Assembly (NCBI RefSeq): GCF_018350175.1
Contig: NC_058368.1
Coordinates: 199,456,001-199,520,000, forward strand
Direction: 5' to 3'
DNA length: 64,000 nt
From: Felis catus
Taxonomy: Eukaryota
Each line of letters begins with the position of its first letter. Position 1 is the stretch's first letter. Made by a program: the position numbers and the translations under genes. The notes under the pieces are model-generated. The model was not told the DNA's origin. It made no database searches and was given only the letters and a program-made list of their open reading frames with translations. Below are positions 1 through 12,417 of the stretch, one piece after another.

Positions 1-359
1 TGCCAATATCAGGCAGTTTTGATAAGTTGTCCCTTCCACCAGGACTCTTCTGTGTTGTTGTACTCCCTTTCCTTCAATTTTTCTTGAGATAATTCACTAA
101 CCTTCCAAAAGCATTATTCATTTCATATGCAGAGGAGTTTAATTATAATCTTGTCTCATTCCCAAATACTCCAAATGCTGTCTCCCTCAACCAAATAAAA
201 TGGCCATCAAGTATTGAATTAATTGAATACAGCTCTCCCCCAGTGAAGAATGTTGTGACCAACTCTTAAATGAGGATTTTTGTTGCTGCTGCTGTTGTTT
301 TTAATTTTCATCGCATTCACTTTACTAGGGAATGAAAATGACGCATATAGCTTCTCAAG

Positions 360-663
360 ATCTTTTTACAATTCTGAATCCAAAAAGCTCTGAACACTGG
401 AAGTTTTTCTGCAAGTTTGTTGCAGATTTATTTGGCTGCAAAACCTAACTGCAACTAATGTGAAGCTTTTCATAGCCTTTCATTATCAATTTAGTGTAAG
501 CATTCATATGTGTCACTGCAGAAATATTGATGTGCTTGATTATGGGGTGCTGCTCCAGATTCCAGCATTGGTGTTTCATAATATATGGAATTACAAACTG
601 CATTACCTATTTAAAATGTGAAAAAATCTGAATTCTAAAACACATCTTGTCCTAAAAGTTTTA
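360..663. mobile_element. TcMar-Tigger non-autonomous DNA transposon (MER46C-like), left part; continues at about 6232-6262 after the L1
   Basis: Segments 'attctgaatccaaaaagctctg', 'gcaaaacctaactg', 'cactgcagaaatattgatgtg' and 'aattctaaaacacatct' plus the terminal 'ttagatgagggattgcagac' beyond the L1 resemble the MER46C consensus as I recall it. Confidence 0.6.
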
Positions 664-901
664 TTTTTAAAAATTTTTTTGAATATGAAATTTATTGTCA
701 AATTGATTTCCATACAACACCCAGTGCCCACCCCAACAGGTGCCCTCCTCAATACCCATCACCCACCCTCCCCTCCTTCCCACGCCCCATCAACCCTCAG
801 TTTGTTCTCAGTTTTTAAGAGTCTCTTACATTTTGGCTCCCTCCCTCTCTAATCTTTTTTTTTTTTTCCTTCCCCTCCCCCATGGTCTTCTATAAAGTTT
901 C

Positions 902-3900
902 TCAGGATCCACATAAGAGTGAAAACATGTATCTGTCTTTCTCTGCCTCACTTATTTCACTTAGCATAATACTCACCAGTTCCATCCATGTTGCTACAAA
1001 TGGCCAGATTTCATTCTTTCTCATTACCAAGTAGTATTCCATTGTATATACATCTTCTTTATCCATTTGTCAGTTGATGGACATTTAGGCTCTTTCCATA
1101 ATTTGGCTATTGTTGAAAGTGCTGCTATAAACATTGGGGTACAAGTGCCCCTATGCATCAGCACTCCTGTATCCCTTGGGTAAATTCCTAGAAGTGCTAT
1201 TGTTGGGTCATAGGGTAGATCTATTTTTAATTTTTTGAGGAACCTCCACACTGTTTTCCAGAGCGGCTGCACCAGTTTGCATTCCCATCAACAGTGCAAA
1301 AGGGTTCCCGTTTCTCCATATCCTCGCCAGCATCCATAGTCTCCTGATTTGTTCATTTTAGCCACTCTCACTGGTGTGAGGTGGTATCTCAGTGTGGTTT
1401 TAATTTGTATTTCCCTGATGAGGAGTGACCTTGAGCATCTTTTAATGTGCCTATTGGCCATCTGGATGTCTTCCTTAGAGAAGTGTCTATTCATGTCTTC
1501 TGCCCATTTCTTCACTGGATTATTTGTTTTTTGGGTGTGGAGTTTGGTGAGTTCTTTATAGATTTTGGATACTAGCCCTTTGTCCGAGATGTCATTTGCA
1601 AATATCTTTTCCCATCCTGTCGGTTGCCTTTTAGTTTTGTTGATTGTTTCCTTTGCAGTGCAGAAGCTTTTTATCTTCATGAGGTCCCAGTAGTTCATTT
1701 TTGCTTTGAATTCCCTTGCCTTTGGGGATGTGTCAAGTAAGAAATTGCTGTGGCTGAGGTCAGAGAGGTTTTTTCCTGCTTTCTCCTCTAGGGTTTTGAT
1801 GGTTTCCTGTCTCACATTCAAGTCCTTTATCCATTTTGAGTTTATTTTTGCGAATGGTGTAAGAAAGTGGTCTAGTTTCATTCTTCTGCATGTTGCTGTC
1901 CATTTCTCCCAGCACCATTTGTTAAAGAGACTGTTTTTTCCATTGGATATTCTTTCCTGCTTTGTCAAAGGTTAGTTGGCCATACTTTTGTGAGTCCAAT
2001 TCTGGAGTCTCTATTCTATTCCATTGGTCTATGTGTCTGTTTTTGTGCCAATACCATGCTGTCTTGATGATTACAGCTTTGTAGTAGAGACTAAAGTCTG
2101 GGATTGTGATGCCTCCCGCTTTGGTCTTCTTCTTCAATATTACTTTGGCTATTTGGAGTCTTTTGTGGTTCCATACAAATTTTAGGATTGCTTGTTCTAG
2201 CTTTGAGAAGAATGCTGGTGCAATTTTTATTGGAATTGCATTGAATGTGTAGATAGCTTTGGGTAGTATTGACATTTTAACAATATTTACTTTTGCAGTC
2301 TATGAGTATGCAATGTTTTTTCCGTTTCTTTATATCTTCTTCAATTTTCTTCATAAGCTTTCTATAGTTTTCAGCATACAGATCTTTTACATCTTTGGTT
2401 AGGTTTATTCCTAGGTATTTTATGCTTCTTGGTGCAATTGTGAATGGGATCAGTTTCTTTGTTTGTCTTTCTGTTGCTTCATTATTAGTGTATAAGAATG
2501 CAACTGATTTCTGTACATTAAATTTGTATCCTGCGACTTTGCTGAATTCATGTATCAGTTCTAGCAGACTTTTGGTGGAGTCTATCGGGTTTTCCATGTA
2601 TAATATTATGTCATATGCAAAAAGTGAAAGCTTGACTTCATCTTTGCCAGTTTTGATGCCTTTGATTTCCTTTTGTTGTCTGATTGATGATGCTAGAACT
2701 TCCAACACTATGTTAAACAACAGTGGTGAGAGTGGACATCCCTGTCGTGTTCCTGATCTCAGGGAGAAAGCTGTCAGTTTTTCTCCATTGAGGATGATAT
2801 TAGCTGTGGGCTTTTCATAAATGGCTTTTATGATGTTTAAGTATGTTCCTTCTACACCGACTTTCTCGAGGGTTTTTATTAAGAAAGGATGCTGAATTTT
2901 GTCAAATGCTTTCTCTGCATCGGTTGAGAGGATCATATGGTTCTTATCTTTTCTTTTATTAATGTGATGTATCACATTGATTGATTTGCAAATGTTGAAC
3001 CCGCTCTGAAGCCCAGAAATGAATCCCACTTGATCATAGTGAATGATCCTTTTTTATATGCTTATTGATCCTTATTGAATTCGATTTGCTAGTATCTTGT
3101 TGAGAATTTTTGCATCCATATTCATCAGGGATATTGGCCTCTAGTTCTCTTTTTTTTTGCTGGGTCTCTGTCTGGTTTGGGAATCAAAGTAATGCTGGCT
3201 TCATAGAATGAATCTGGAAGTTTTCCTTCCCTTTCTACTTTTTGGAAAAGCTTGAGAAGAATAGGTACTATCTCTGCTCTAAATGTCTGGTAGAATTCCC
3301 CAGGGAAGCCATCTGGTCCTGGACTCTTATTTGTTGGGAGATTTTTGATAACTGATTCAATTTCTTCACTGGTTATGGGTCTGTTCAAGTTTTCTATTTC
3401 TTCCTGTTTGAGTTTTGGAAGTGTGTGGGTGGTTAGGAATTTTTCCAGTTCCTCCAGATTGTCCAGTTTGTTGGCATATAATTTTTCATAGTATTCCCTG
3501 ATAATTGCTTGTATTTCTGAGGGATTGGTTGTAATAATTCCATTTTCATTCATGATTTTATCTATTTGGGTCATCTCCCTTTTCTTTTTGAGAAGCCTGG
3601 CTAGAGGTTTATCAGTTTTGTTTATTTTTTCAAAAAACCAACTCTTGGTTTCATTGATCTGGTCTACAAGTTTTTTTTTTAGGTTCTATATTGTTTATTT
3701 TTGCTCTGATCTTTATTATTTCTCTTCTTCTGCTGGGTTTGGGGTGTCTTTGCTGCTCTGATTCTATTTCCTTTAGGTGTGCTGTTAGATTCTGTATTAG
3801 GGATTTTTCTTGTTTCTTGAGATAGGCCTGGATTGCAATGTATTTTCCTCTCAGGACTGCCTTCGCTGCATCCCAAAGTGTTTGGATTGTTGTATTTTCA

Positions 3901-4729
3901 TTTTCATTTGTTTCCATATGTTTTTAAATTTCTTCTCTAATTGCCTGGTTGGCCCATTCATTCTTTACTACAGTGTTCTTTAACCTCCATGCTTTGGAGG
4001 TTTTCCAGACTATTTCCTGTGGTTGATTTCAAGCTTCATAGCACTGTGGTCTGAAAGTGTACATGGTATGATCTCAGTTCTTTTATACTTATGAAAGGCT
4101 GTTTTGTGACCCAGTATGTGATCTATCTTGGAGAACGTTCCATGTGCACTCGAGAAGAAAGTATGTTCTGTTGCTTTGGGATGCAGAGTTCTAAATATAT
4201 CTGTCAAGTCCATGTGATCCAATGTATCATTCAGGGCCCTTGTTTCTTTATTGATCCTGTGTCTAGATGATCTATCCATTGCTGTAAGTGGAGTATTAAA
4301 GTCCCCTGCAATTACCACATTCTTATCAATGAGGTTGCTTATGTTTGTGATTGTTTTATATAATTGGGGGCTCCCGTATTCTGCGCATAGACATTTTATA
4401 ATTGTTAGCTCTTCTTGATGGATAGACCCTGTAATTATTATATAATGCCCTTCTTCATCTCTTGTTACAGCCTTTAATTTAAAGTCTAGTTTGTCTGATA
4501 TAAGTATGGCTACTGCAGCTTTCTTTTGACTTACAGTAGCATGGTATATGGTTCTCCATCCCCTCACTTTCAATCTGAAGGTGCCCTAGGTCTAAAATGA
4601 GTCTATTGTAGACAGCAGATAGATGGGTCTTGTTTTTTTTATCCATTCTGATACTTTATGTCTTTTGGTTGGAGCATTGAGTCCATTTACATTCAGTGTT
4701 ATTACTGAAAGATATGAGTTTAGAGTCAT
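902..4729 (-). pseudogene. L1 ORF2p remnant (APE endonuclease, reverse transcriptase, C-terminal domain), multiply frameshifted
   Basis: Start MTLNSYLSVITLNVNG (ATG at 4729). EN motifs GDFN and SDH; RT motifs [14 protein letters not shown] (for FADD) and YLG; end MFSLLCGS* (TGA 902-904). Split across many ORF-track fragments. Confidence 0.95.
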
Positions 4730-4797
4730 TGTGATGTCTGTAGGTTTCATGCTTGTAGTGATGTCTCTGGTCCTTTGTGGTCCTTGCAACATTTCAC

Positions 4798-5701
4798 TCA
4801 CAGAATCCCCCTTAGGATCTCTTGTAGGGCTGGTTTAGGGGTGATGAATTCCTTTAGCTTTTGTTTGTTTGGGAACACTTTTATTTCTCCTTCTATTCTG
4901 AATGACAGACTTGTTGGATAAAGGATTCCCGGGTGCATATTTTTTTTCTGTTCATCACATTGAAGATTTCCTTCCATTCCTTTCTGGTCTGCCGAGTTTC
5001 AGTAGATAGGTCGTCCACTAGTCTTATGGGTCTCCCTTTATATGTTAGAGTGTGTTTATCCCTAGCTGCTTTCAGAAGTTTATCTTTATCCTTGTATTTT
5101 GCCAGTTTCACTATGATATGTCATGCAGAAGATCGTTTCAAGTTACGTCTGAAGGGAGTTCTCTGTGCCTCTTGGATTTCACTGCCTTTTTCCTTCCCCA
5201 GATCAGGGAAGTTCTCAGCTATGATTTGTTCAAGTACACCTTCAGCCCCTTTCTCTCTCTCTTCCTCTTCTGGAATTCCTATTATACGGACATTGTTCTG
5301 TTTGATTGCATCACTTAGTTCTCTAATTTTCCCCTCATACTCCTGGATTTTTTTAATCTCTCTTTTTCTCAGCTTGCTCTTTTTCCATAATTTTATCTTC
5401 TAGTTCACCTATTCTTTCCTCTGCCTCTCCAATCCAAGCTGTGGTCGCCTCCATTTTATTTTGCACCACATTTATAGCATTTTTTAGCTCCTCCTGACTA
5501 TTTCTTAGTCACTTTAGTCTATCTGTAGCAATAGATTCTCTGCTGTCCTCTATACTTTTTTGAAGCCCAGTGATTAATTTTCTGACTATTATTCTAAATT
5601 CTTGTTCTGTTATATTGCTTAAATCGTTTTTGATCAATTCATTAGCTGTTGCTGCTTCCTGGAGTTTTTTTTTTTTGAGGAGAATTCTTCCATTTTGTCA
5701 T
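4798..5701 (-). pseudogene. L1 ORF1p remnant, frameshifted
   Basis: ATG at 5701 (ATGACAAAATGGAAGAATTCT). Fragment KLAKYKDKDKLLKAAR..TYKGRPIRL. Ends ..LRGIL* (TGA 4798-4800). 904 nt, not a multiple of 3. Confidence 0.9.
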
Positions 5702-6744
5702 TTTGGATAGTCCCTGGGGTGGCACGGAACTGCAGGGCACTTCCCCTGTGCTGTCTGGAGTAACAGACTGGGCAGGGCCGCAGTCAGACCTGATGTCTGT
5801 CCCCAGCCCACCACTGGGGTCACAGTCAGACTGGTGTGTACCTTATTTTCCCCTCTCCCAGGGGCAGGATCACTGTGGAGTGGTGTGGCCCTTGTCTGGG
5901 CTACTTGCACACTTCCAGGCTTGTGGTGCTGCTTTGATGGGCTCTGGCGTATTAGCCGGGGTGGATCTGCAAGGTGCACAGGGTTGGGAGGGGCAGGCTT
6001 ACCTCACTTTGCTGTTGGTGGTCCCCTGCAGGAGGGGCCCTGCAGCACTGGGAGGGAGGCAGGCAGACCCTCTTCCAAGACCTCTTGTCTATTCTAGTCT
6101 CCAGAGAGTCCATTATGCTAGTCTTTTGGCAGTTTTCTGGGTTAGTTAGGCAGATATGGGTGGAATCTATGTGATCAGCAGGACAAAGTGAGCCCAGTAT
6201 CCTCCTATGCCACCATCTTCCGAACCAAATCCCTAAAAGTTTTAGATGAGGGATTGCAGACTATATTCTGAAAAAAATTCCTTAGAACACATTCATGTTT
6301 TATACTTTATATTGGAAAATTATATTCCATAAAAGCAGTTATTTAGAGACATATTTACTGTTGAGTCAACTGAACAACTCACAGCAAATTAAAGTCAACA
6401 CGAGGAAAGGAAACTAATGTTAATTCATATTTCAATAGAAAGAAAGGCAGCAATTGAAAAACTGCAACCTACTTGTCAGTAACCTTTGCTCATTGCCCGA
6501 ACTGCAGGAATTCTTTTGCATATCTGCATGCACAGTACAAAACTTACAACATTTCAAAAAATTGAATGATAGACTTTGTAGAAAAAAGTTCCTCAGAAAG
6601 CCATAAGCATGAGCTAATGTTAAGTATGAACATAAAACGTTAATGCTCTTTAATTAGTCATTTTACTAGTTATAATGGAATACCCCTTTTTCTTAAGGTA
6701 TGTAAAAATGGAAGGCAAAAGAATTTATCTTCTTACTTAAAAAC

Positions 6745-6951
6745 CTCTTTTTAAAATGTTTATTTATGAGAGAGAGAGCATGCACAAGTGAGCGGGAGAG
6801 GGGCAGAGAGAGGGAGACACAGAAATCTGATGCAGGCTTCAGGCCCCAAGCAGTTATCACAGAACCTGATGTGGGGCTCGGATAATGTATCATGAGATCA
6901 TGACCTGAGCTGAAGTTGGATGCTTAACTGACCTTGTCACCCAGGAACCCC
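6745..6951 (-). mobile_element. Can-SINE (SINEC)
   Basis: tRNA-derived head reverse complement ending ccaggaacccc, (GA)n linker and T-tail. Degenerate TSD tcttct(t/c)actt. Confidence 0.9.
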
Positions 6952-7664
6952 TGTCTTCTCACTTTCAATTCAGGATTTTTATTTTTAGGGTTAATTCTTG
7001 ACTCATTAGTATTATCAGATAGGCCAGGTACCATACTATAAAAGTCTTTGATCTAGAATCGTGTTTATCGTGTTCAAGGCGTGTGGTGTTTGGTGGTGGG
7101 ATTGAGGAAAGATGGTAAAAATAAATTTTTCAACATAATGCAGTCATTATAAACATCAAAGCAAGTATAATCAATGAAATGTCTATTTTGTGGACCTTCA
7201 GGGAATTAACAAATGTAAGGGAAATGCTTGATATGGTTCTTGATATGGTTCACAAAACTCACACAACCACCTTAGTTTCCCAGTATTTTGTCACAATTAC
7301 AGATGGACATTTTAAGATGGCGTGAGAAGATAAGGTACATTGTAGCAGCAGAGACAGGTTAGAACTCTTGAGTTCCTTTGGGTAAATAGATCTATGGTTA
7401 GAACTTTGTGATCTTATACTATAAAATATGCCTGATAGGCCTTTTATTTTGAGGATTAAGGAGGGGAAAATTTTACCTAAATAAAAACTTCAGTGAAATT
7501 TGACCATTACCATTTAAATCATTTGACATTGAAATTGTATTGATACATCTTTGGAGCCCTGACTTAAATCACCATTTCTCTAGGTAGATGTATATATTTT
7601 CATTTTTCTTGGTTTTCTTGTTCTTTTCTTTCTTTCTTTCTTTTTCTGTCTTTCTGTCTTTTTG

Positions 7665-7694
7665 TATTATTTTTTTTCATTTTTATTTATTTAT

Positions 7695-7745
<51 letters not shown>

Positions 7746-7913
7746 AAGCAGGGGAGGTCCAGACAGAGAGGGAGAGAGAGGGAAAATCCGAAGCAGGCTT
7801 TGCACTGTCAGCACAGAGCCCGATGAGAGGCTTGAACTTGAAAACTGTGAGATCATGACCTGAGCCAAAACCAAGAGTTGGATGCTTAACTGACTGAGCC
7901 ACTGAGACATCCC
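7665..7913 (-). mobile_element. Can-SINE with long (GA)n, inserted in a (TTTC)n tract
   Basis: gagatcatgacctgagcc..tgcttaactgactgagccac head, (GA)n at 7698-7742 and tttattt tail. Confidence 0.93.
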
Positions 7914-7926
7914 TCTTTCTTTCTTT

Positions 7927-7980
7927 CTTTTTTTTTTTAACTTAAATTTTAGTTAACATACAGTACAATATTGGTTTCAG
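7927..7980 (-). mobile_element. Extremely 5'-truncated carnivore-type L1 (terminal ~45 nt plus tail)
   Basis: gttaacatacagtacaatattggttt matches the 3' end of the L1 at about 41448-41473. cttgttcttt is repeated at 7617-7626 and 7981-7990. Confidence 0.75.
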
Positions 7981-7984
7981 CTTG

Positions 7985-7985
7985 T

Positions 7986-8034
<49 letters not shown>

Positions 8035-8047
8035 TTTCTTTCTTTCT
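7985..8047. repeat. (TTTC)n microsatellite
   Basis: Read directly from the sequence. Confidence 0.95.
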
Positions 8048-8129
8048 AAATAACTGTATAAGGCTTGGTCTTTCATTATTTTCCTAGTTACTCTGTAGAG
8101 TTTCTTTCCTCAGATATTTATGTGGCTGG

Positions 8130-8390
8130 TTCCTTTTTATTCAGACCTTAATTTAAATATCACCATTACTTTCCTTCTCCTGATTCTGCCCTTGTTTTAT
8201 TTTCATACCAGGACATTTCTTCATAACACTTATAAGTATGTTAAATGTTTATTTCCAGTCTCTCCTCATACCCCCCCCCCCCATGTGACGCCAGTAGCCA
8301 CCTTGCGTTACTCTCTACTGAACTCTACTATAGAACAGTGCCTAACACAGAACAGGTGCTTAATAAATATTTGTTGAAATGAATTAATAT
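8130..8390 (+). mobile_element. L2 3' end fragment
   Basis: tagaacagtgcctaacacagaacaggtgcttaataaatatttgttgaaatgaat is the canonical L2 terminus. Confidence 0.75.
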
Positions 8391-11300
8391 GTGAATGAAC
8401 AGAACAGAGTCAAAGTGCAAGAAAATTACTAGTAGTTGCAATGGGAGAAAATACCAGATCTACTGTTAGTTAATTATACCTTGGATTTTTCATATACCTA
8501 ATATGCATTTATAATGGGAAGTATTTAGGTTTTAGTTTCAAGACTTTAAAATCAGGGGTGAATTATGAAAGTACTGTTCTCCAGCAATATCTCAAAAATT
8601 GCTATGAATCTTTAAAATGCTGACCTCTAAATAGGACATGCCTAAAAATGGGAGTCAGTGAATTAGCATGGCATTCAGAGGCACGAAGCCTAGTTGTTCC
8701 CAAGGCTCTCAGTCTTTATTCCTTCCCTCCCTTTTCTGACTCCTTACCACAGAAGGATAAAGTTGAACTGTGTTCCTGGTGAGTCCAGCCAGGGCTGGGC
8801 TGATGTCTTGTGGGTTAGGACAAGTCATGCCAAAAGCAAAAAGTAAAATATTTTTGAGTTTAAAGGATAAATTTAAACTTCAAAGAATAAAAATGGTAGT
8901 ATATCAAGTAAACAATAGAACTGAGAAGGAAATAAAACCAAGGCCAGGAATAGAGTAAGGTGCTCCAAGAAGATTGTTACAAGAGTCTGTAATTTGTTGT
9001 TTTTGCCCACTAAATTATATGATGTATGGGGAGATTGACCTGGTATGAAGTATGAAGGAACAGATTTGAATAAGGCATATAGATAGATATGTTGGAGAGA
9101 ACGCTAAACTTGTCTTCTAACTCTTAAGATACACAACCTGAGAAGATGATCTAACTTCTTTGAATATCAGTTATCACGTCTATAAATGCAAATATATGCT
9201 TCATTGTGTGTGTAAGAGAGAGAGAAAATTAAGCAAGATAATGGGCTACATTGTCTGGTATCTAGATTTGTTAAATTTATTGAAATGTCTTCACATGAAT
9301 GCTAAAGCAGTATTTGAAGTATACTTACCTTTTGAAAAGCCATAAATTTGGGACATAGATGAGGTTATTGAGATAACAATAATCTTAGGCTTCATCATTG
9401 CTTAAACTTGTATTGAACACCAATTTTTATGAAGTACCATACTAAGTGCTCATGATTCAAAGATAAAAGAAATATAATCTAATAGAGAAATTAACATGTA
9501 TATAATGTTGCTATTAAAAATATGTCTTCCAGCTATAACATTGTAAGTAGCTACAATTTAAAGTAGGGAGTTATTAGTATAAGAAGAGATGGTAAAAGTA
9601 CCATTTATGCATTAGAAAACAAAGAACATTCATCTGAGGCTGGGTGGAGACACTGGGAAGGCAAAATGAAGAATGGAATGTAGGTGACATTTCCTTTCCA
9701 AATCAATTTGGCACAGGTGTATTCTAAATGATAGTTTTATGTGCATATTTTTTCTGTTGCTTTACTGTAACATTTCAAAATTTCAATTTTCCTATAGTTA
9801 TATAATGAATATTAAAAAAACATTTTTTGCCGTTTGCACAGTCTATAGTGTACCTATTAAACCTGCAATGACTAGTAAGGAGATCTGGGTGAGCCCAGAA
9901 TTGTTCTAACAATAGATGAAATTTTGAGTGGCTTCAGTTCTTCTGATAGAAATTGTGAGACTGTCACACTTGAGAACTAGTTTCTCAGCAACATAAACAG
10001 TTGGCTTCGGGAACGTCTTGTTCTGAAGCAAATGCTCAAAGTATCTTGATTTAACCGAATTTATTTAGAAAGTGAGTGGGGTTGAATCTTATGCAACTGT
10101 TTGATTAAGTTTGACATTCTTGTGAGAGGGATACTTACTAAAAGATCAGGCTGCAAATGACAGAGAAGTTCCAGAGGAGGGATTGAAAAAGATGTATAGA
10201 ACATGGAAACCATTTGAAAGTAAAAGTTTGTGAACTCATGGAAACTGTTAACCTTTGGAAGACAATTCTGAGCTCTCTATTCAGGAAGGTCATGTACAAC
10301 TCAACTACCTCTCTGGGATTTGAATCTCAGCTTCTATTAGTTTCTTTAAGCTCCCCACAACTATTGTTTACTATCCAAAAATCTTCTTGGACTGAAAAAA
10401 TATCAGAGTCCTAGATCTGACTCCCTATGACTACACGCTGGACCCTCATTTACGTGAAAAAATTATATTGTACAAAAATTGCATTACTTAGAGCAGGGGA
10501 GGTGTGAATTACTGAAAAGTTCAAATGTTAGATTTAAAGAAAAGCATCATTATTTTCAAAGACATGGAATACTTTGAATCACCTGCAAGTAAAGCTTTGG
10601 CAAGGCGAGAGAAGGCCTTGTCTGTTTTGGTGACTAGATAAGATGGCACTTGAGATAACATATTAATTGTTTATATACAAATGGATGCTGTTATATAGCA
10701 CTGGAAAACAGTTTGTTCTCTTAAGTAGGTCAAGCATTCTCCCCGGAAAGCTTGTTTACATCAGAGAGATTTAACTAACGTTGGTTCCTTTCTTTACAAA
10801 TACTGTAAAGGAAACCCAAGTTAGATATCACAAAGTACAAATTAATGGAATTCAAATTGATGAAAGGGTGTTGACTTTTACTTCTGTATTAAAGTTCATA
10901 ATATTTTATTGCTCCTAATCAGTTGATAATCTGAATGCATCTACTGGTTGAAAATAATTTTATTGACTATTTGAGATGCTTTACTGAAAAAACTTCAGAT
11001 GATATAATGTGGATGCAAGATTCTGGATTACCCCTTACCCCCACATCAACGTTTAGTTTAATTCTCCCATTTTATAAAGGCATGAACACTCAGCTGTGAA
11101 AGGTATCGGGCAGAAGTGTTGTAATAATCAAGTCACCACCATGTTCTCTTTTGGACGTCCCTGTACCACCTGTATGTCTGAGCTTATACAAATGACCAAA
11201 AATGGGAGAAACAAGCCAACATTGAAATTCCTTTATAAATAGTCTTTTATCCTAACTTCATCTCTGTGAATGACCTTAAAAATGACCCTAGGTAATGGCA

Positions 11301-12290
11301 GTTATACTCTTGGCAATCTCTTTCCCTGAGGGCACCTTTCACGAAACAGGTCTGCAGCACATGCTGCCTCCCTTGGAAATTTTCCCTTGAGTTTTTTTCT
11401 ATCCTTTTCCCATCCCTCCCTGAATTCTGTTGGGACAAATCCTTACTGCCAGCGTCAGCAGAAACTGTAATCTCCCTTCTAGTGCAACATATGTAATAAC
11501 ATATTATAGCTTTGGGCCAGAACTTGAACCTTCTTGATTCATTAAAAGAAAAAAAAAAGTTGACTTAAAGATGAACTAGAACTTTATTTTCAGACCAAAG
11601 AGTAAAATGAAATCAATCTCCTTGGTTTTTCTTTTTGTTACTTCTTTTTTTTTCTTTTTTGGGTGTCTTCATTATTAAATAAAACCACTTTATGAAGTGA
11701 AACAAAACCCATATACAAACGACTGAAATAAATGGACCAAGATTTATCTTCTTTTCTTCCCATTTTCACCCGATGAATTGTTTTTGAGAAATCTGAAGAC
11801 TTAAACAGGACTCCCTAAAATAACCAACTAGCAGTTCTGCAAAAAAGGAAACCAAAATAAATACATCTTCTTAGAAGTCAGTTATAATTTCTCCTCTGAC
11901 TTTTTTTCCTCCTTTGCTTACATGCTCCTTAACCCCTATTCTTCTCTGTCCCCATTCCACCTCTTTTGGGGAAGAGCCAGGATTCAGAAAACAAGGGTTG
12001 CATGGTAAGGCTTCTGGTCTCCTCCTTCTGTGGCAGTGAACATTGCCATTTGAAAGATTTCTTATGCAGATAACTTAAGGAGACCAGTGAATTAATGTTT
12101 TTGGATGACACTGATCCATAAAGATCTCTAAATAATTGCCACTAATAGGTCCAGTTTTGTGGTGGATTAAGTATATTCTTAGAAATAAACTGTGCCTGAA
12201 TCAGGAGAGAACAAGGCTGACCTGATTTCCTTTGGTTTCTTTTCAAAGGAATGAGTAGTTGTTTTCCAAGAAAGTTTACATATTCTTTCC

Positions 12291-12383
12291 TATGTATATA
12301 TAATAAAATAATATATAGAATACATAATGATATTATATATAATTTATAATAATATATAATATTATATATATATTTTTTTTTTT

Positions 12384-12417
<34 letters not shown>

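Larger units (their letters stand above)
664..6231 (-). mobile_element. Felid-type LINE-1 retaining both ends, inactivated, about 5.57 kb
   Basis: TSD cctaaaagtttta at 651-663 and 6232-6244. The minus-strand 5' end reads GGAAGATGGTGGCATAGGAGG (L1 5' YY1-type motif). ORF1, ORF2, G-rich 3'UTR and AATAAA/A-tail are in order. Confidence 0.96.

Noticed and set aside
728..800. G-rich tract on the minus strand (possible G-quadruplex)
   Set aside because: A standard feature of L1 3'UTRs.
1024..5403. Long ORFs up to 250 aa as host genes or a novel RT system
   Set aside because: They are frameshifted pieces of one L1 ORF1/ORF2, and the plus-strand ORFs are its antisense frames.
5698..6174. Antisense ORFs in the L1 5'UTR (148 aa, 87 aa) as an ORF0 analogue
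   Set aside because: The 148-aa and 87-aa frames begin at non-ATG codons (TTG, GTG) in GC-rich decayed UTR sequence and cross the suspected deletion junction. There is no supporting evidence.
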